DNA of 52,142 bases from Octopus sinensis (GCF_006345805.1 NW_021833974.1:1-52142); one strand, 5' to 3'. Shown: positions 13,815-27,303, numbered from the stretch's first letter. Notes: generated by a model from the letters alone, not told the origin. Program-made: numbers and translations.

Positions 13815-15085
13815 TTGTCAATGTTCTTACAGATTATAAAGGGAGAAAGAGAGGTAGAGGCAGAAATAGACACAGAGAAAGAGAGGGAAAGAGAGACAGA
13901 GTCAGAGAGAGGGAAAGAAGGAGAGAGAGAGAAATAGAGAGAAAAAGATAGATAGAGAGAGAAAGATTGAGAGAGAGAGGGAGAGAGAGAAACAGAGAGA
14001 GGGAGGGAACCTCCTTTTACGTGATCAGACAATTTGCAAAAAATAGCAACCAAATTATCTCCAGCCCAACGAGAGGTTAATATATGATAATGCTGTCCTC
14101 GATAGACTAAGAGAAATGTGTGATGGTTAGGAATAAACAATAAGAGCAACAACAACAATAATAACGATAACGACGACGACGATTTCACCAACGAAAGCAG
14201 CTACAACAATGACAACGACGACGAGATGCTGCTGCTGCTGCTGATAATAATGATGGTGGCGACGGAAATTTTGAAATGCTTCGATAACGTCGTTGTACAC
14301 CATCAACCGACATCATCATCATCATCTCATCATCATCATCATGATCGTCGTCGTCGTGAGCAGCATCAGAAGCTATAACTGAAGCAGCTGCAGCAGCAGC
14401 AGCAGCAGTACTACCGCCGCCACTGCCAAGACCGCCGAGACAGCTGCCAACGTCGCCGCAGCTCCTACCGCAGGCAACGCCACCGCAGCCTCCACTGTCA
14501 ACACCACCAGTCACCATTACTACCATAACCATCTGCATTGCCACCTACACACATATACGACTAACACCGTCACTAGCGTTACTACCACCACCTCGAGCTC
14601 CACCACCACCACCATCACCACCACCACCACCACCACCAACAACAACACTACTGAGATACTTTCACAACACAATGGTATCCACCACCACCACTAACACAAT
14701 GAATACCGCAATTCCATCTCTCCAGCGACCCCCGTCACCACTGCCACTACTACAACCGCTACAACCACCGTCACCACCATTAACGCCACAGCCTGTTCTA
14801 ACACCAGTACTTCCAACATACCTAACACCGCCACACTACAACCGCTACGCACTCACCACAACCACCGCACCGCACCCCAGCTACCACCACTACTACTGCT
14901 ATTATTTCTAATACTACCATAGCCACCGCCGCAACCGTCGGCGCCACCACCAATCAAATTATGTCACTTCTGCGCAGGTCAATAACCTCTCATCCTTATC
15001 ATTCATTCCAGACACGTGTTTGTTATTTTAGAGAGCTGGAGACAAAATTAAGGCTGTATGGGGGAGATTTAGTATCATCAACGAA

Positions 15086-15118
<33 letters not shown>

Positions 15119-15251
15119 CACACACACACACATATATATACACATACACACACATGCATGCACACTTTCACATACACACACACACACATATATATACACA
15201 CACATACATATACACACATATACAAACATATACATACACATATATATACCC

Positions 15252-15345
<94 letters not shown>

Positions 15346-15347
15346 AG

Positions 15348-15379
<32 letters not shown>

Positions 15380-15704
15380 CACACACATACATGTACACTG
15401 TCTCACACACACATATATACACACATACATATATATACACATACACACACATGCATGCACACTTTCACATACACACACACACAAACATAGTAAAACGTCC
15501 ATACGCATATATATACACACGACTCACCAACAGAGAGGAAAGGAGAGCGCGAGAAGCTGAATAATATATTGAGATGGGGAGAGTGGGGGGAGAGAGAGGG
15601 GAGTTGGGCATGGATATATGGAGGATGTATATATATGTGTGTATGTATGTGTGTGTATGCGAGCGTGCGTGTTTGTATGTACTTATATATGTGTGTGCGT
15701 GCGT

Positions 15705-15779
<75 letters not shown>

Positions 15780-16177
15780 TATATATATATATTTGTAGAG
15801 AGAGAGAATGGGGGAGGGAGAGAGGGAGGTAGAGAAAGAAAGAGAATGAAAGAAAGAGGTAGAGTTATGTGAAGGTATGTACAAGAGTACATTTATATCT
15901 ACGGGAGACCTTCACGCAAGTGGTCGACCTGTAATAATTTGACAGTTACATGACTCACGAATCACATCCTGGTTTTTTCTAAAAAAAGAAATGTAAACAG
16001 AAGGATATATATATAGATGTGTGGTATGATGTAATATTTTGAGATCAACTCTGGCATTTGGGAAACACAAACGCGCAAGACCGTCCTGCCGGGTGAAGTT
16101 GCACCAACAGAGATACCACCTCCGACGTACAGAATAGGACGGCAAAGAGCACAAAAAAAAAAAATGATAATAATAAC

Positions 16178-16355
16178 GCGAGCTGCGCAAGTCCAGAGCC
16201 AACCCCTCAGCTTCAGCAGACCACCAGTGCCCGACCTGAGGCAGAGCCTTCCGAGCACTCATCTGAATGATCGGCCACACTCAGACACGCCGTGCGTCAT
16301 GTTCTTCTCCCATCTGATGTCCTTGGTCAATCGTTGACAACGACGGACGAACTCA
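16178..16355 (-). mobile_element. Possible RTE-like LINE 3' end
   Basis: Minus strand reads SECGRSFR*, then a GC-rich UTR ending in (TTA)n. Weak evidence. Confidence 0.3.
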
Positions 16356-16559
16356 TGATAATAATATTTGGTTTCAAGAATTACATCGAGCTCCTCCCCT
16401 CCCCCCGCCCCAGTGCTCAACTGGTACTTATTTTATCGACCTCAAAAGGATGAAAGACAAAGTCGACCTGGGCGGAATTTGAACTCAAGACGTAAGGACG
16501 AACGAAATGCTGCTAAGCATTTTATCCGGCGTGCTGACGATTCGGCCAGCTCACTGCGT

Positions 16560-16600
<41 letters not shown>

Positions 16601-16649
16601 ATTATGATAATAATAACAATAACAACAACAACAACAACAACAACAACAA

Positions 16650-16685
<36 letters not shown>

Positions 16686-16686
<1 letters not shown>

Positions 16687-17230
16687 GCCCTGAGGCAGCG
16701 GCTCTCATGGCTTCTGATCTTAATTGACTGGAATTGTTATCATGTACATTCTTTGTCTTGGTATAAAAGATGGGCTACAGCAAATATTCTGCTCAATATC
16801 ACAGATTTGCTTGTCAGTTGTTTGACCTTAACCAGTTGAGCATGTCCCTTAGTGGCTGACAATACGTGCATCTCTGATCACGAGCAGAAGTAGTGGGGTA
16901 GCATCATAGCCATGTGTTGAGAAGGATTCTTTGGGGTTTGAATGATTTACCCCTGGAAACATGGGTGTTTCGTTCAACACCCTTAAACAACCCTTAATCA
17001 GGGACCTTTTGAGTGGGATGGGTTACCCAACCAGAAGAAAATTCTGACTGGGCCCCACCCGCAAGGTCATGTGCTGTTTATCTTGTTATGAGATCACCAT
17101 GTCGCGCACATATGGTTGTGATGCATGTGCCTGGTGTACCCTTATCAGACGGGTAGTCATGATGGGTATACTGGGCTTCGTATATTTGTACCCCAGTGTC
17201 ACTTTGATGGCATGCACTGCTCTCTCACTC
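16686..17230 (+). mobile_element. ~550-bp non-coding dispersed repeat embedded in (AAT)n, longest copy
   Basis: Near-identical sequence at 39350-39794 (5'-truncated), 44512-44800 (internal deletion) and ~10833-10954 (3' end only). All end ...CTGCTCTCTCACTC-(AAT)n. Confidence 0.88.
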
Positions 17231-17236
17231 AATAAC

Positions 17237-17299
<63 letters not shown>

Positions 17300-18419
17300 G
17301 ATGATGATAATAATACTTTCTACCATAGGCACATGGCATGAAAGTTGGCGGAGGGTGCTAGTCGATGTAATCGACCTCAATTCTCGAATTGTACTTATTT
17401 TATCGATCCCACCCTACCACAGAAAGGATGAAAAGTTAAGTCTTCCTCGGCGACACTTGACCTCAGGAGGTAAAGGACGGGCGAAATATCGCTTAGCATT
17501 TTGTCAGATGTGCTAATGATTTTGCCAGCTCGTTGCCTTACTACTACTACTACTACTACTGATGATGATGATGGTTTCAAATTTTGTCACAAGGGCAGCA
17601 GTTTTTGAGGAAGAGATGGACTCTAGTGGTCATCTGCTATTTGTTTTATCGTCCCCGAAAGGATGAAAGGCAAAGTCAATCCCAACAGAATTTGAACTCA
17701 GAATGTAGAGACGGGCAAAATTGCCGCTAAGCATTTTGCCCAGCGCGCCAACGTTTCTACCAACTCGCCGCCTTTACTACAGCTAACAATACTAGATATA
17801 TAAATGGACTGTGCTGAAATGCCTGATGTAATAAATCCAACAATCTTATTCCTCTGATTGTATACATTTATTTTGGAGCTCTACTTGACAGGCAAGTAAC
17901 ATGATCTGAGACCGTGTGTTGAAACTAAAACAATTGCAGCCGAGAAAACATATGTTAGCCATTGAAAAACATTCAAAGACCGAAACTTTTAACTATGCTC
18001 AGATATTTATTATTTGGTGTCTTGTTTGATAAGTGCTAACGCAAGAAACTCTCGGCCCTTCAGACACCCTGTTACTTCTGCTAAATATTAATAAAAATAA
18101 GAGTGCACAAGACTGCTATTTTTCACCAAAAGCCAATCTGGGAGTTTTTTAATGATAACTACAGCCGCATAGTCTGTCCTAGCAGAACATACACGTTTAA
18201 GTAGGAATAAATGATATCAAATTTTGACACGAGGCCAGAAATTTCAGTGGGGGAGTAAGTCGACTACATCGACCCCAGTGTTTAACTGGTACTTATTTTA
18301 TCGATCCCGAAATGATGAAAAGGCGGAATTTGAATTCATAACGAAATGCCACTAAGCATTGTGCTAACGGTTCTGTCAACTCACTGCTTTAGTCGAAATA
18401 AATAATAACACATATATAT

Positions 18420-18570
18420 CTTATATATATATGACAATTTCTGTCTGTCTGTTACCATCATAGTACCTCAATCAGCAAACCAATATTCACGAAACTTTAC
18501 ATATATGTTACACTAACATCCAGTTCGATGATAGTCTAACTGGATTTCAATAAAGATCTATAATGTTCCC
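18420..18570 (+). mobile_element. Possible non-autonomous Helitron-like 5' segment
   Basis: CTTATATATATAT, then (CTGT)n, then CCAATATTCACGAAACTTT resembles the 5' architecture of non-autonomous rolling-circle elements. No 3' hairpin or CTAG was identified. Confidence 0.3.
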
Positions 18571-18913
18571 CTCAGTGGGGTTGGGTGAATTATATGATAA
18601 AATGAGAAGGGTCCAAAGAGTATTTAGTCGGAGGGAAACGCAGTAGCAGAGTGAAGATGACTTATATCAGAGACAGCGAGAACAGCGTTATGCAACGACA
18701 AATATTCAGTGGCAATGGGATGATAACGTTAATACGACTGTCATATACACGCGATACCGCATACGTAGTTTCGTAAATACATAGATACAAAACACACAGA
18801 ATACACAATCTCTCTCTCTCTCTCTCTCTATCTATATATTATATATATCTATATATATAAATATATATATATATATGTACATACATGCATACATACACAC
18901 ATAGATACATACA

Positions 18914-18977
<64 letters not shown>

Positions 18978-18978
<1 letters not shown>

Positions 18979-19165
18979 AGGCGGCGAGCTGGCAGAAACG
19001 TTAGCACGCCGGGCGAAATGCTTAGCACTATTTCGTCTGTCTACGTCCTGAGTTCAAATTCCGCCGAGGTCGACTTTGCCTTTCATCCTTTCGGGGTCGA
19101 TAAATTAAGTACCAGTTGCGTACTGGTGTTGATCTGATTTCTGGCCTTGTGCCTAGAGTAGAAAA
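18978..19165 (+). mobile_element. SINE family A copy (representative)
   Basis: Intact A/B boxes and core. Further copies or fragments at ~8740-8900(+), 10455-10675(-), 11027-11145(+), 16370-16558(-), 17315-17540(-), 17572-17775(-), 18215-18390(-), 19500-19635(+), 37232-37450(-), 38908-39033(-), 39040-39222(-), 42840-43017(-). Confidence 0.85.
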
Positions 19166-19166
19166 G

Positions 19167-19200
<34 letters not shown>

Positions 19201-19720
19201 CCTATCTATCTGATAGACAGATGCACACACATTTAGGTTGTACTTAATACTGTTTGCATCAGCAAACGCATTATTTAGGCGTCAAAATTTTCATCGCACT
19301 AATTGCGACTTGGTCACACGCGGTTCCACTGGCTCTTTATACATTTAGTAATGTGAGAACACAATCTAAACGGAGAATTCTGGTAAAAAAAATTAGATAA
19401 GTAAATATATAAAAGACTGGTGGAGACAAATCTTAAATTTTAATTGATTAAAATTAATGCAGTATGAAATACAGCGGGTAATTTTAGCATCTTTTTGTAA
19501 TACGTGCTCAAAATCTGACGAGGTCGACTTTGCTATATTTTATCGGCCCTGAAAAGATGCGCTGAAATAAGTACCAGTTGAACCCGGGTCGATGTAGTCG
19601 ACAGAAATTGATGGTCCTATCTCAAAATTGAAAGCATTATTCTTTTTTCAATCACATTTATGAGACGAATTTGCCTCGTTCAAATAAAAGGTAAAATAAA
19701 TTACTTAGAATTAATCTTTC

Positions 19721-19840
19721 ACGAGGGGTGCTGAAAAGTTCCTGGCTTTGGGTAAAAGAAAATACAGTGGGATCAGTTAATCATGATTTTATTCAACATA
19801 TTCCCCTCCCAGATTCACACATTTGTTGCCGTGGTCTTTC
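19721..19840. mobile_element. Terminal fragment of a second mariner-type element
   Basis: ACGAGGGGTGCTGAAAAGTTCC resembles TA-CGAGGG-type mariner TIR starts. No partner TIR was found. Confidence 0.45.
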
Positions 19841-19959
19841 CTTTACCACCGATAACAATATCAACGCCAACCCCACCGTTAATATCACTCCGCCGCTATT
19901 AGGAGTGTACGCACGTGTAGAGACAGATGGTGGATACACTGGACATGTGAGGATTTCCA

Positions 19960-21190
19960 GGTTTTAGAAATGACCGATGTTGATCATTTCGTTTTTCGTA
20001 AATAGAGTTACGATTTGTTTGAATGACTTTTGTCTATGGTACGATTTTTTACTTTTGACATTTGATAGCCGTTATTTAAAGTCATTCTAGAAGCAAATTG
20101 CGCGTAATTTTGTTTACAGCTGTTAGTTCAGTGTCAACTTTAACATGGAGTGCAAAACAAACATTTTCACCATATTTTGCATTTTCATTTCTGTAAGGCA
20201 AGGAAGCTGCTGAAGCTCACAAAGAGATATGCCAAGTTTATGGTGTTGATTGCTTAACAGAACACATATGTCAGAAATGGTTAAAAAAATTCCGTTTTCA
20301 CTCAAAGATGACCAACGTTCTGGTCGACATACTGAAGTTGATGATGACCGAATCAAATCCGTAATTGAATCTGATTGTTATATAACTGTGCGAGAGATTG
20401 CAGAGAGGTTAAATGTATCACATACAAGAATTCAAAATCACTAAAAACGCATTGAACTCGTTAAGGAAGTCGATGTTTAGGTTCCGCATAACTGGAAAGT
20501 GATTCACTTAACACAACGAATCAATATTTGCGATATGCATCTCTAACGCAATGAAATCACCCATTCTTTTAAACGAATCATCACCGGTGATAAAAAATGG
20601 ATTGTCTCTACAATACGATCATGGTCCAAACGTAATGAACCAGCTGAAACAACACCGAAAGCTGAATTGCATCAATTAAAGGTCATGCTGTCAATTAGGT
20701 CGGATTACAAAAGAGTTGTGTATTTTGAGCTGCCTCCAAGGAACCAAACAATAAATTCAAATGTTTACTACCAACAACTAATGAAACTGGAGGAAGCAAT
20801 AAAAAGAAACCGGTCAGAATTGGCAGATCGTAAAGGAATTGTGTTCCACCATGACAACGCGAGACTACAAATGTCTTTACTAACTCGTGAAAAATTATTG
20901 GAGCTTAGTTGGGAAGTAATGTCACATCCACCATATAGCCCTGACCGCGCACTATCAGATTACCATTTATTTCGAAGTTTGCAAAATTCTTTGAATGGTA
21001 AAACTTTTAATCATAATGATGACCTGAAATCGCACTTGCTTCAGTTTTTGGCTGATAAGGACCCGAATTTATGTGAGAGCGGAATCACGAAGATGTCAGA
21101 AAGATGTCGAACAAAAGGGAAAATATATAATTGATTAAAGTTCATACATTATATCAGAAAAATGACTTTTATTTCTCACAAAAAACTGAA
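19960..21190 (+). mobile_element. Degenerate mariner DNA transposon (DD34D transposase pseudogene, ~20145-21134)
   Basis: N-terminal HILHFHF, DDQRSGR, xVPH (WVPHEL motif), RIITGDKKWI, KVMLSI, FHHDNAR, HPPYSPDRALSDYHLFRSLQNSL. Multiple stops and frameshifts. TIRs not clearly retained. Confidence 0.93.
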
Positions 21191-21226
21191 GCATCATATA
21201 TGTATGTATGTATTCATATATATATA

Positions 21227-21265
<39 letters not shown>

Positions 21266-21283
21266 TATATTATATATATTATA

Positions 21284-21324
<41 letters not shown>

Positions 21325-21409
21325 AATGGTAAATAATTTTTCTTGTGGTTTTCATGTATTAAGAAATGGTTACCATTCTATTATTTACCATTCTTATTAC
21401 ATGAAAATG

Positions 21410-21478
<69 letters not shown>

Positions 21479-22016
21479 TATAAAATTAGAGCAAAGAATA
21501 AACGGTTACCCTAGTACTCAGAGTTGCGAATGTTGGAGCAAAGATCTACGATACATTCTCCTCGGTTATTAATGGCAACAGACGCCACCAAAAACCGTTA
21601 AATATCAGAGAAGTAACTCTAATAGATGGAAAAAGAAAAAGATGAAAAATATGATTAAAATATATAAAACAATACACACAACCATATACTCACAAAACTA
21701 GCATACATAGACATAAACCACCTGCGTTCACAACGTCTATATATGTACACATGCACACAAATATGTATACGCACACGCAGACACACACACAAACATATAT
21801 GCATATATATACTCATACACATATACTCGCACACACACATGTGTGTATATATATATAATATATATATATATATTATATATATATATACAGACATACATTC
21901 ACACTCCCGATATATACATAAACACATATATATACATATATGCATGTATATATATATATTATATATATATATATATATGTATGTATTTATATATGTGTAT
22001 ATGTATATATATAATT

Positions 22017-22071
<55 letters not shown>

Positions 22072-22600
22072 TACCCTTCCATCTCGCCCCCCGCACATAT
22101 ACAAACATATCCATATCCATATAATGTGCACATTAAAGTCGCTTATATGCACCGGACACAGTCTTACACTCATACGCATACATACACACACATCTATATA
22201 CAAACACACGCACATATATATTATATATATATACATACATATACATAAATAAAATAAATTAAAAAATAATGGGAGTTAAAACGTATGGGAAAGTTCTGCA
22301 GGAACATAGTAGAGATGCGGATTCTAGCCATGACCGTTGGGTGGAACGGTGCAAATACGTAACAGGTATTTTGTGACTGATGGACATGATCCAAAGAGTT
22401 CAGTTCTTGAATTTAAACATGTAGCAGCGGGGTCAAAGGAACTTTTCTTACCCACTTACTACCTTCATCCTTCAGTACCTTACATACATAATTTCACAGA
22501 CATAGGAATGGCTGTGTGGTAAGAAGCTTGCTTCTCAACCACATGGTTCTGGGTTCAGTCCTACTGCATGGCAGCTTGGGTAAGTGTCTTCTACTATAGC

Positions 22601-22631
<31 letters not shown>

Positions 22632-22640
22632 CGTGTGTGT

Positions 22641-23590
22641 CCGATACATTAGACTCGGCAACGACACCACGGTCTTATGCCATTTCCGTTCTACCGGTCA
22701 TTCATTACAACACCTGTCTGCATTTGGGCTGTCTTTGCGCAGGGGCATCCGGAATCTCGTCTTCGCCGTGAACAAGGACTGATCTTCTCTCTTCGCTCCT
22801 TTGCGTCAAATGGGCTCAACTCCCCTCCCCCTCCTCTTCTCTCTTCATCTAACACTTACTTCTTTCATTCATTCCTACACACCTCTTCTCTCCTCTCTTG
22901 TTCTGACACCAACTTCCTCTCTTTCTCCCTTCATCGTTCACCCTCCATCCACTCGCCAACCCTACACATCCCAGTCACATCCTCACACCCCACTCCACAC
23001 ATCCCACTCCCACATACCCCATCCTACCACCACATCTCCTCAAACCCAATCCCACCCTCACACCCCACACCCCACCGTCACGTCTCCACGCCCTACACTC
23101 GCATTCCCGCACCCCAACACCGTAACACCACCACATCATGCCACACCACACCACACACCACCACGCCACATCACACCACCCCGCACGCACTAGCACTGAC
23201 CGCTTCCCAACACCCATATTATCATCCACACACCCACACCTTACAAGCGCACCCACTTACACGCACACACATCCACACGTCACTCACCAGCCCCTATCCA
23301 TACGCATACACACATTCGCGCATGCACACGCATGCGCACATACGTTTTGGGATCACCAATACATTATTATCTTCCGGTCTTCCTAGCTCTCCTGTCTAAC
23401 TACCTTTGTCCAGCCAGCCGCCATGATTGACCGTTAGCTCCATAAGATTTCCCATTCTCTCTCTTTATTTCATCGTGTTGCTTTCTGTTGAAGTGCGTAG
23501 GTTCGAAACGTTAAACTAATACACATGTTTGTTGTTTATTTATACACCTGTCTTCCTCTTTTTGTTTTTCTATAAATTTCAACTATATAT
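22641..23590 (+). mobile_element. Penelope-like element 3' end (GIY-YIG C-terminus, C/A-rich UTR, hammerhead-like motif)
   Basis: RYIRLGNDTTVLCHFRSTGHSLQHL, then after a frameshift RLRREQGLIFSLRSFASNGLN, matching the HF..GH / RE..I..L.....GLN end of PLE endonucleases. Begins in (GT)n and ends in TATATAT. Confidence 0.75.
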
Positions 23591-23760
23591 CGATTCCCAG
23601 ACCGGGCATTGTGAGTGTTTCCTGAGCGAAAGCACCTATTCTATCGGTGTCTTGTTGCCAAAACCCTAAGTTACGGGGACGTAATCTTAACAACACCGAT
23701 TGTCAAGCGATGTTGTGGGGACACAGACAGAGAAATATGTACACAATATACACATATATA

Positions 23761-23802
<42 letters not shown>

Positions 23803-25079
23803 TATTCGAGTGCTTCTTCAGTTTCCGTCCACCAAATCCACCCACATAGGCTTAGGTCAGCTCGTGGCTATAGTAGAAAACACATGGCGAAGGTGCCACG
23901 CAGTGGGACTGAACCTGGAACCATGGTGTTGGTAAGCAAGCTACTTACCTCAGAGCCACTCCTGCGCGTATGTATATGCATATATATGAATATACATATG
24001 TGTATATATTTATATATTATATATCTAAATATATATATAAATACCTATATATATATATGATATATATATATATATATATCATATATGGATACACACACGC
24101 ACACGCACACATACACACATATATCTACTTACGTCACGACCAACTTACCAGCCCTAACTCCTAGTTCCTTGCCGACCTACTCACTAATCGAGCTCTCTTA
24201 GCTTTGCCATTCCATCTTCATTTTTATAGTATCACAATTATTAATGTTTTGCAGAGTGATCGATCAGTGACTGTATTGGATTTTATCGATAATTTAGCTA
24301 AACATGCCACCTGTACATTGGCTGGAACGCTTTTGACACTATACTACTCAACGCAACCTTAACACTAAGCGCGTGCACACACGCACACACACACACATTC
24401 ACACACACACAGTTTTGCGCATATACACATTCACACAGATTCTCATGTATGCACACAGTTAGGCGTACACAACCACACACACACACACGCAATTACCACG
24501 GATTTGCACAGATAGACACATACACCCAGTTACGTGCCCACACACTCATACACAACACACATACAGACACACACACTCACACATACACATTCATATACAC
24601 ACACAGTTACGTATACTCACACATACACGCACACAATTACACGCATACTCAGCAACACAACAAAGAAAATAACTCTCCCCCCTCTCTCTCTCACAACTAT
24701 ATCCCCCTCCCCCACGTTGAGCACACATAATTACATACGCACGCACACAATTTCACATACGCACGCACACAATTACACAACGCGATTGCACACACGCGCG
24801 CAAACCACAATTAGACGTGTATTCACACTCAAGAACACACACACATGCACACACACACATACGTACAAATTTATACACACTAAATTTTACACACACATGT
24901 ATAAAACTATACACACGTCTCGCCACGTCTGTAGGGTATAGAGAATACTTCTGGTTGTCTATCAGTCAAATTACCTAACTCTATGTGTGTGTGTGTGTGT
25001 GTGTGGTGTGTGTGGAGGAGATAGAGATAGAGACAGAGATAGAGAGAGAAAGACTATCAACTAGTCTCTTTCTCTCTTC

Positions 25080-25080
25080 C

Positions 25081-25163
<83 letters not shown>
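25080..25163. repeat. (ATCT)n microsatellite (also 26231-26386, 48340-48485, 19167-19211)
   Basis: Read directly from the sequence. Confidence 0.97.
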
Positions 25164-26230
25164 GACATCGCGAGTGTCGTGTTGCTCTCGAGCAACTCTG
25201 CCGTCCCGGGTCGACCTTGAGAGACTTCAACACAACCAAAGCATTCTATAGGGGATTAGGGGGGGGGGGGAGGTACGACGACGAGCTCGGGGCGAACCGG
25301 GATGTCGACGCGGAATACCTGACTCGCCTGTTCAGGACGACTTTCGGGCCAGGGCCCATGGACAACTTCCAGAGACTCCTGGCCTGGCAGCGCTACTGAG
25401 TAGCGCTACCCGTTCAGGATAAGCTCTACAGACACGGCTCGAGAAACACGGGGCCGACCTGCCCGAGATGCGGTCAGAGCGACGAAACCGCTCTGCACGC
25501 ACTCGTGTAGTGTCCAACAATTTCCGACCTGTTGGCTTATGTCGAACGACTGCTGTCACGTGTGGGACGAGTCGGTTTATCAGCTGAGTCTATCGTCAAT
25601 ATTGTCACGCCTCCTTCCTTCAAACGGGAAGGAAGAGCTATTTTCATCATTTTGTGGCTATGGCGAAAGAATGTATCTGGTGGACGCGTCTGAAAGGATT
25701 GGAGACAAACACTTTCCTCTCTGGCCAATCTCTCATCAACTTCTTCAAGTATCACTTGAAAAGGAAAGTGAGAGTAGAGAGGCAAGATTTGTCTAGCGAA
25801 CGTTTTAAAAAAAGATGGGTGAATGTAGCAAGGATGGCACGTATGAATGACGAAGCCACCTTGAGCATAATCCTATGAACCCAGAAATTGAAAACAGAGG
25901 GTTATCCACTTGCAAACAAATGTGGTAACATATAACAATATTGACCAAGGTTACCGTAGTCTTTTCCGTAGGCTTTTCTTTCCACGGATAAACCTTATCT
26001 GCTTCCCCCTTTACACTTTACATCATGACATTTCTGTGATACACGATCCCTATGGATCATTTTTTCTTTTTCTTTTTTTCTTTCCCTTTATTTTCTTTCT
26101 TTCCCTTTTACCATCACTTTTGATCGAAAACCTATCCCACATTTTTCTTTTTTCTTTCTCCCCAAAAAGAAAAGCTCTACTTTGTAATCTGTCCCGTCTG
26201 TGTGCAGCTTTGTGTGGCTAATAAAGAAAC
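25164..26230 (+). mobile_element. 5'-truncated copy of the same L1/Tx1-like LINE (ORF2 C-terminus and 3' UTR)
   Basis: Aligns by eye to 51021-52142 (CPRCGQSDETALHALV*C; WVNVARMARMNDEATLSIIL*). Ends with AATAAAGAAAC and no poly(A). Flanked on both sides by (ATCT)n. Confidence 0.92.
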
Positions 26231-26231
26231 A

Positions 26232-26310
<79 letters not shown>

Positions 26311-26311
26311 G

Positions 26312-26387
<76 letters not shown>

Positions 26388-26754
26388 AGTCTGTCTGTCT
26401 GTCTATCTATCTACCTTTCTTTCTTTCTTTCTTTCTTTCTATCTAACTATCTAATCTAACTGTCTGCTTGTCTGTCTGTCAGTCGGTCCGTCTGTCAGTT
26501 TGTCTGTCTGTCTGTCTGCCTGTCTGTCTGCCAATCTATCCATCAGTGTCTATCTGTATATCAAACATCTTATATCCCACAATGCAAAGCTATATTCCTA
26601 TGTAGGTAAGTATGCATATGTGTGAGCGTGTGTGTATGAGAGTGTATGTAGACGTATGTATGCCTATGTACGTCTGTAGGTATGAGTGTTTGTGTGCAAT
26701 GCTATTTATATATATGTATATTTCTGCTCATGAAGGTACACAGCTACATATATG

Positions 26755-27300
26755 TATATCTATATTTCTAAATGCATGTATGTATATGTGTGTGTATGTA
26801 TGTGTGCATAAATATATATATGTGTGTGTGTGTGTATGTCTGTGTGTGTGTGTCTGTATGTATATGTATATGCATATATTTCTAAATGCATGTATGTATA
26901 TGTATATGTATGTATGTGTGCATAAATATGTGTGTGTGTGTGTGTGTGTATGTCTGTGTGTGTGTGTCTGTATGTATATGTATATGTATATATTTCTAAA
27001 TGCATGTATGTATATGTATATGTATGTATGTGTGCATAAATATGTGTGTGGTGTGTGTGTGTGTGTATGTCTGTGTGTGTGTGTCTGTATGTATATGTAT
27101 GTGTATATCTATATTTCTAAATGCATGTATGTATATGTGTGTGTATGTATGTGTGCATAAATATAGGTGTGTGTGTGTGTCTGTGTGTGTGTGTGTCTGT
27201 GTGTGTGTGTCTGTATGTATATATATGTGTATATCTATATTTCTAAATGCATGTATGTATATGTGTGTGTATGCATGTGTGCATATATGTGTGTGTGTCT
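26755..27300. repeat. Minisatellite of ~115-125 bp built from GT/GTAT microsatellites, ~5 units
   Basis: Anchor TTTCTAAATGCATGTATG at ~26765, 26879, 26994, 27114 and 27240. Confidence 0.85.
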
Positions 27301-27303
27301 GAT

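Noticed and set aside
14185-14950. Gly/Ala- or Pro/Thr-rich ORFs resembling a mucin or transcription-factor exon
   Set aside because: Degenerate GCA/ACC/CAT repeats with no consistent frame, domain or splice sites. Part of it is duplicated at 12260.
22677-23399. 240-aa His/Pro/Thr-rich ORF
   Set aside because: Only the first ~50 codons are informative (Penelope endonuclease end). The rest is C/A-rich UTR read-through.
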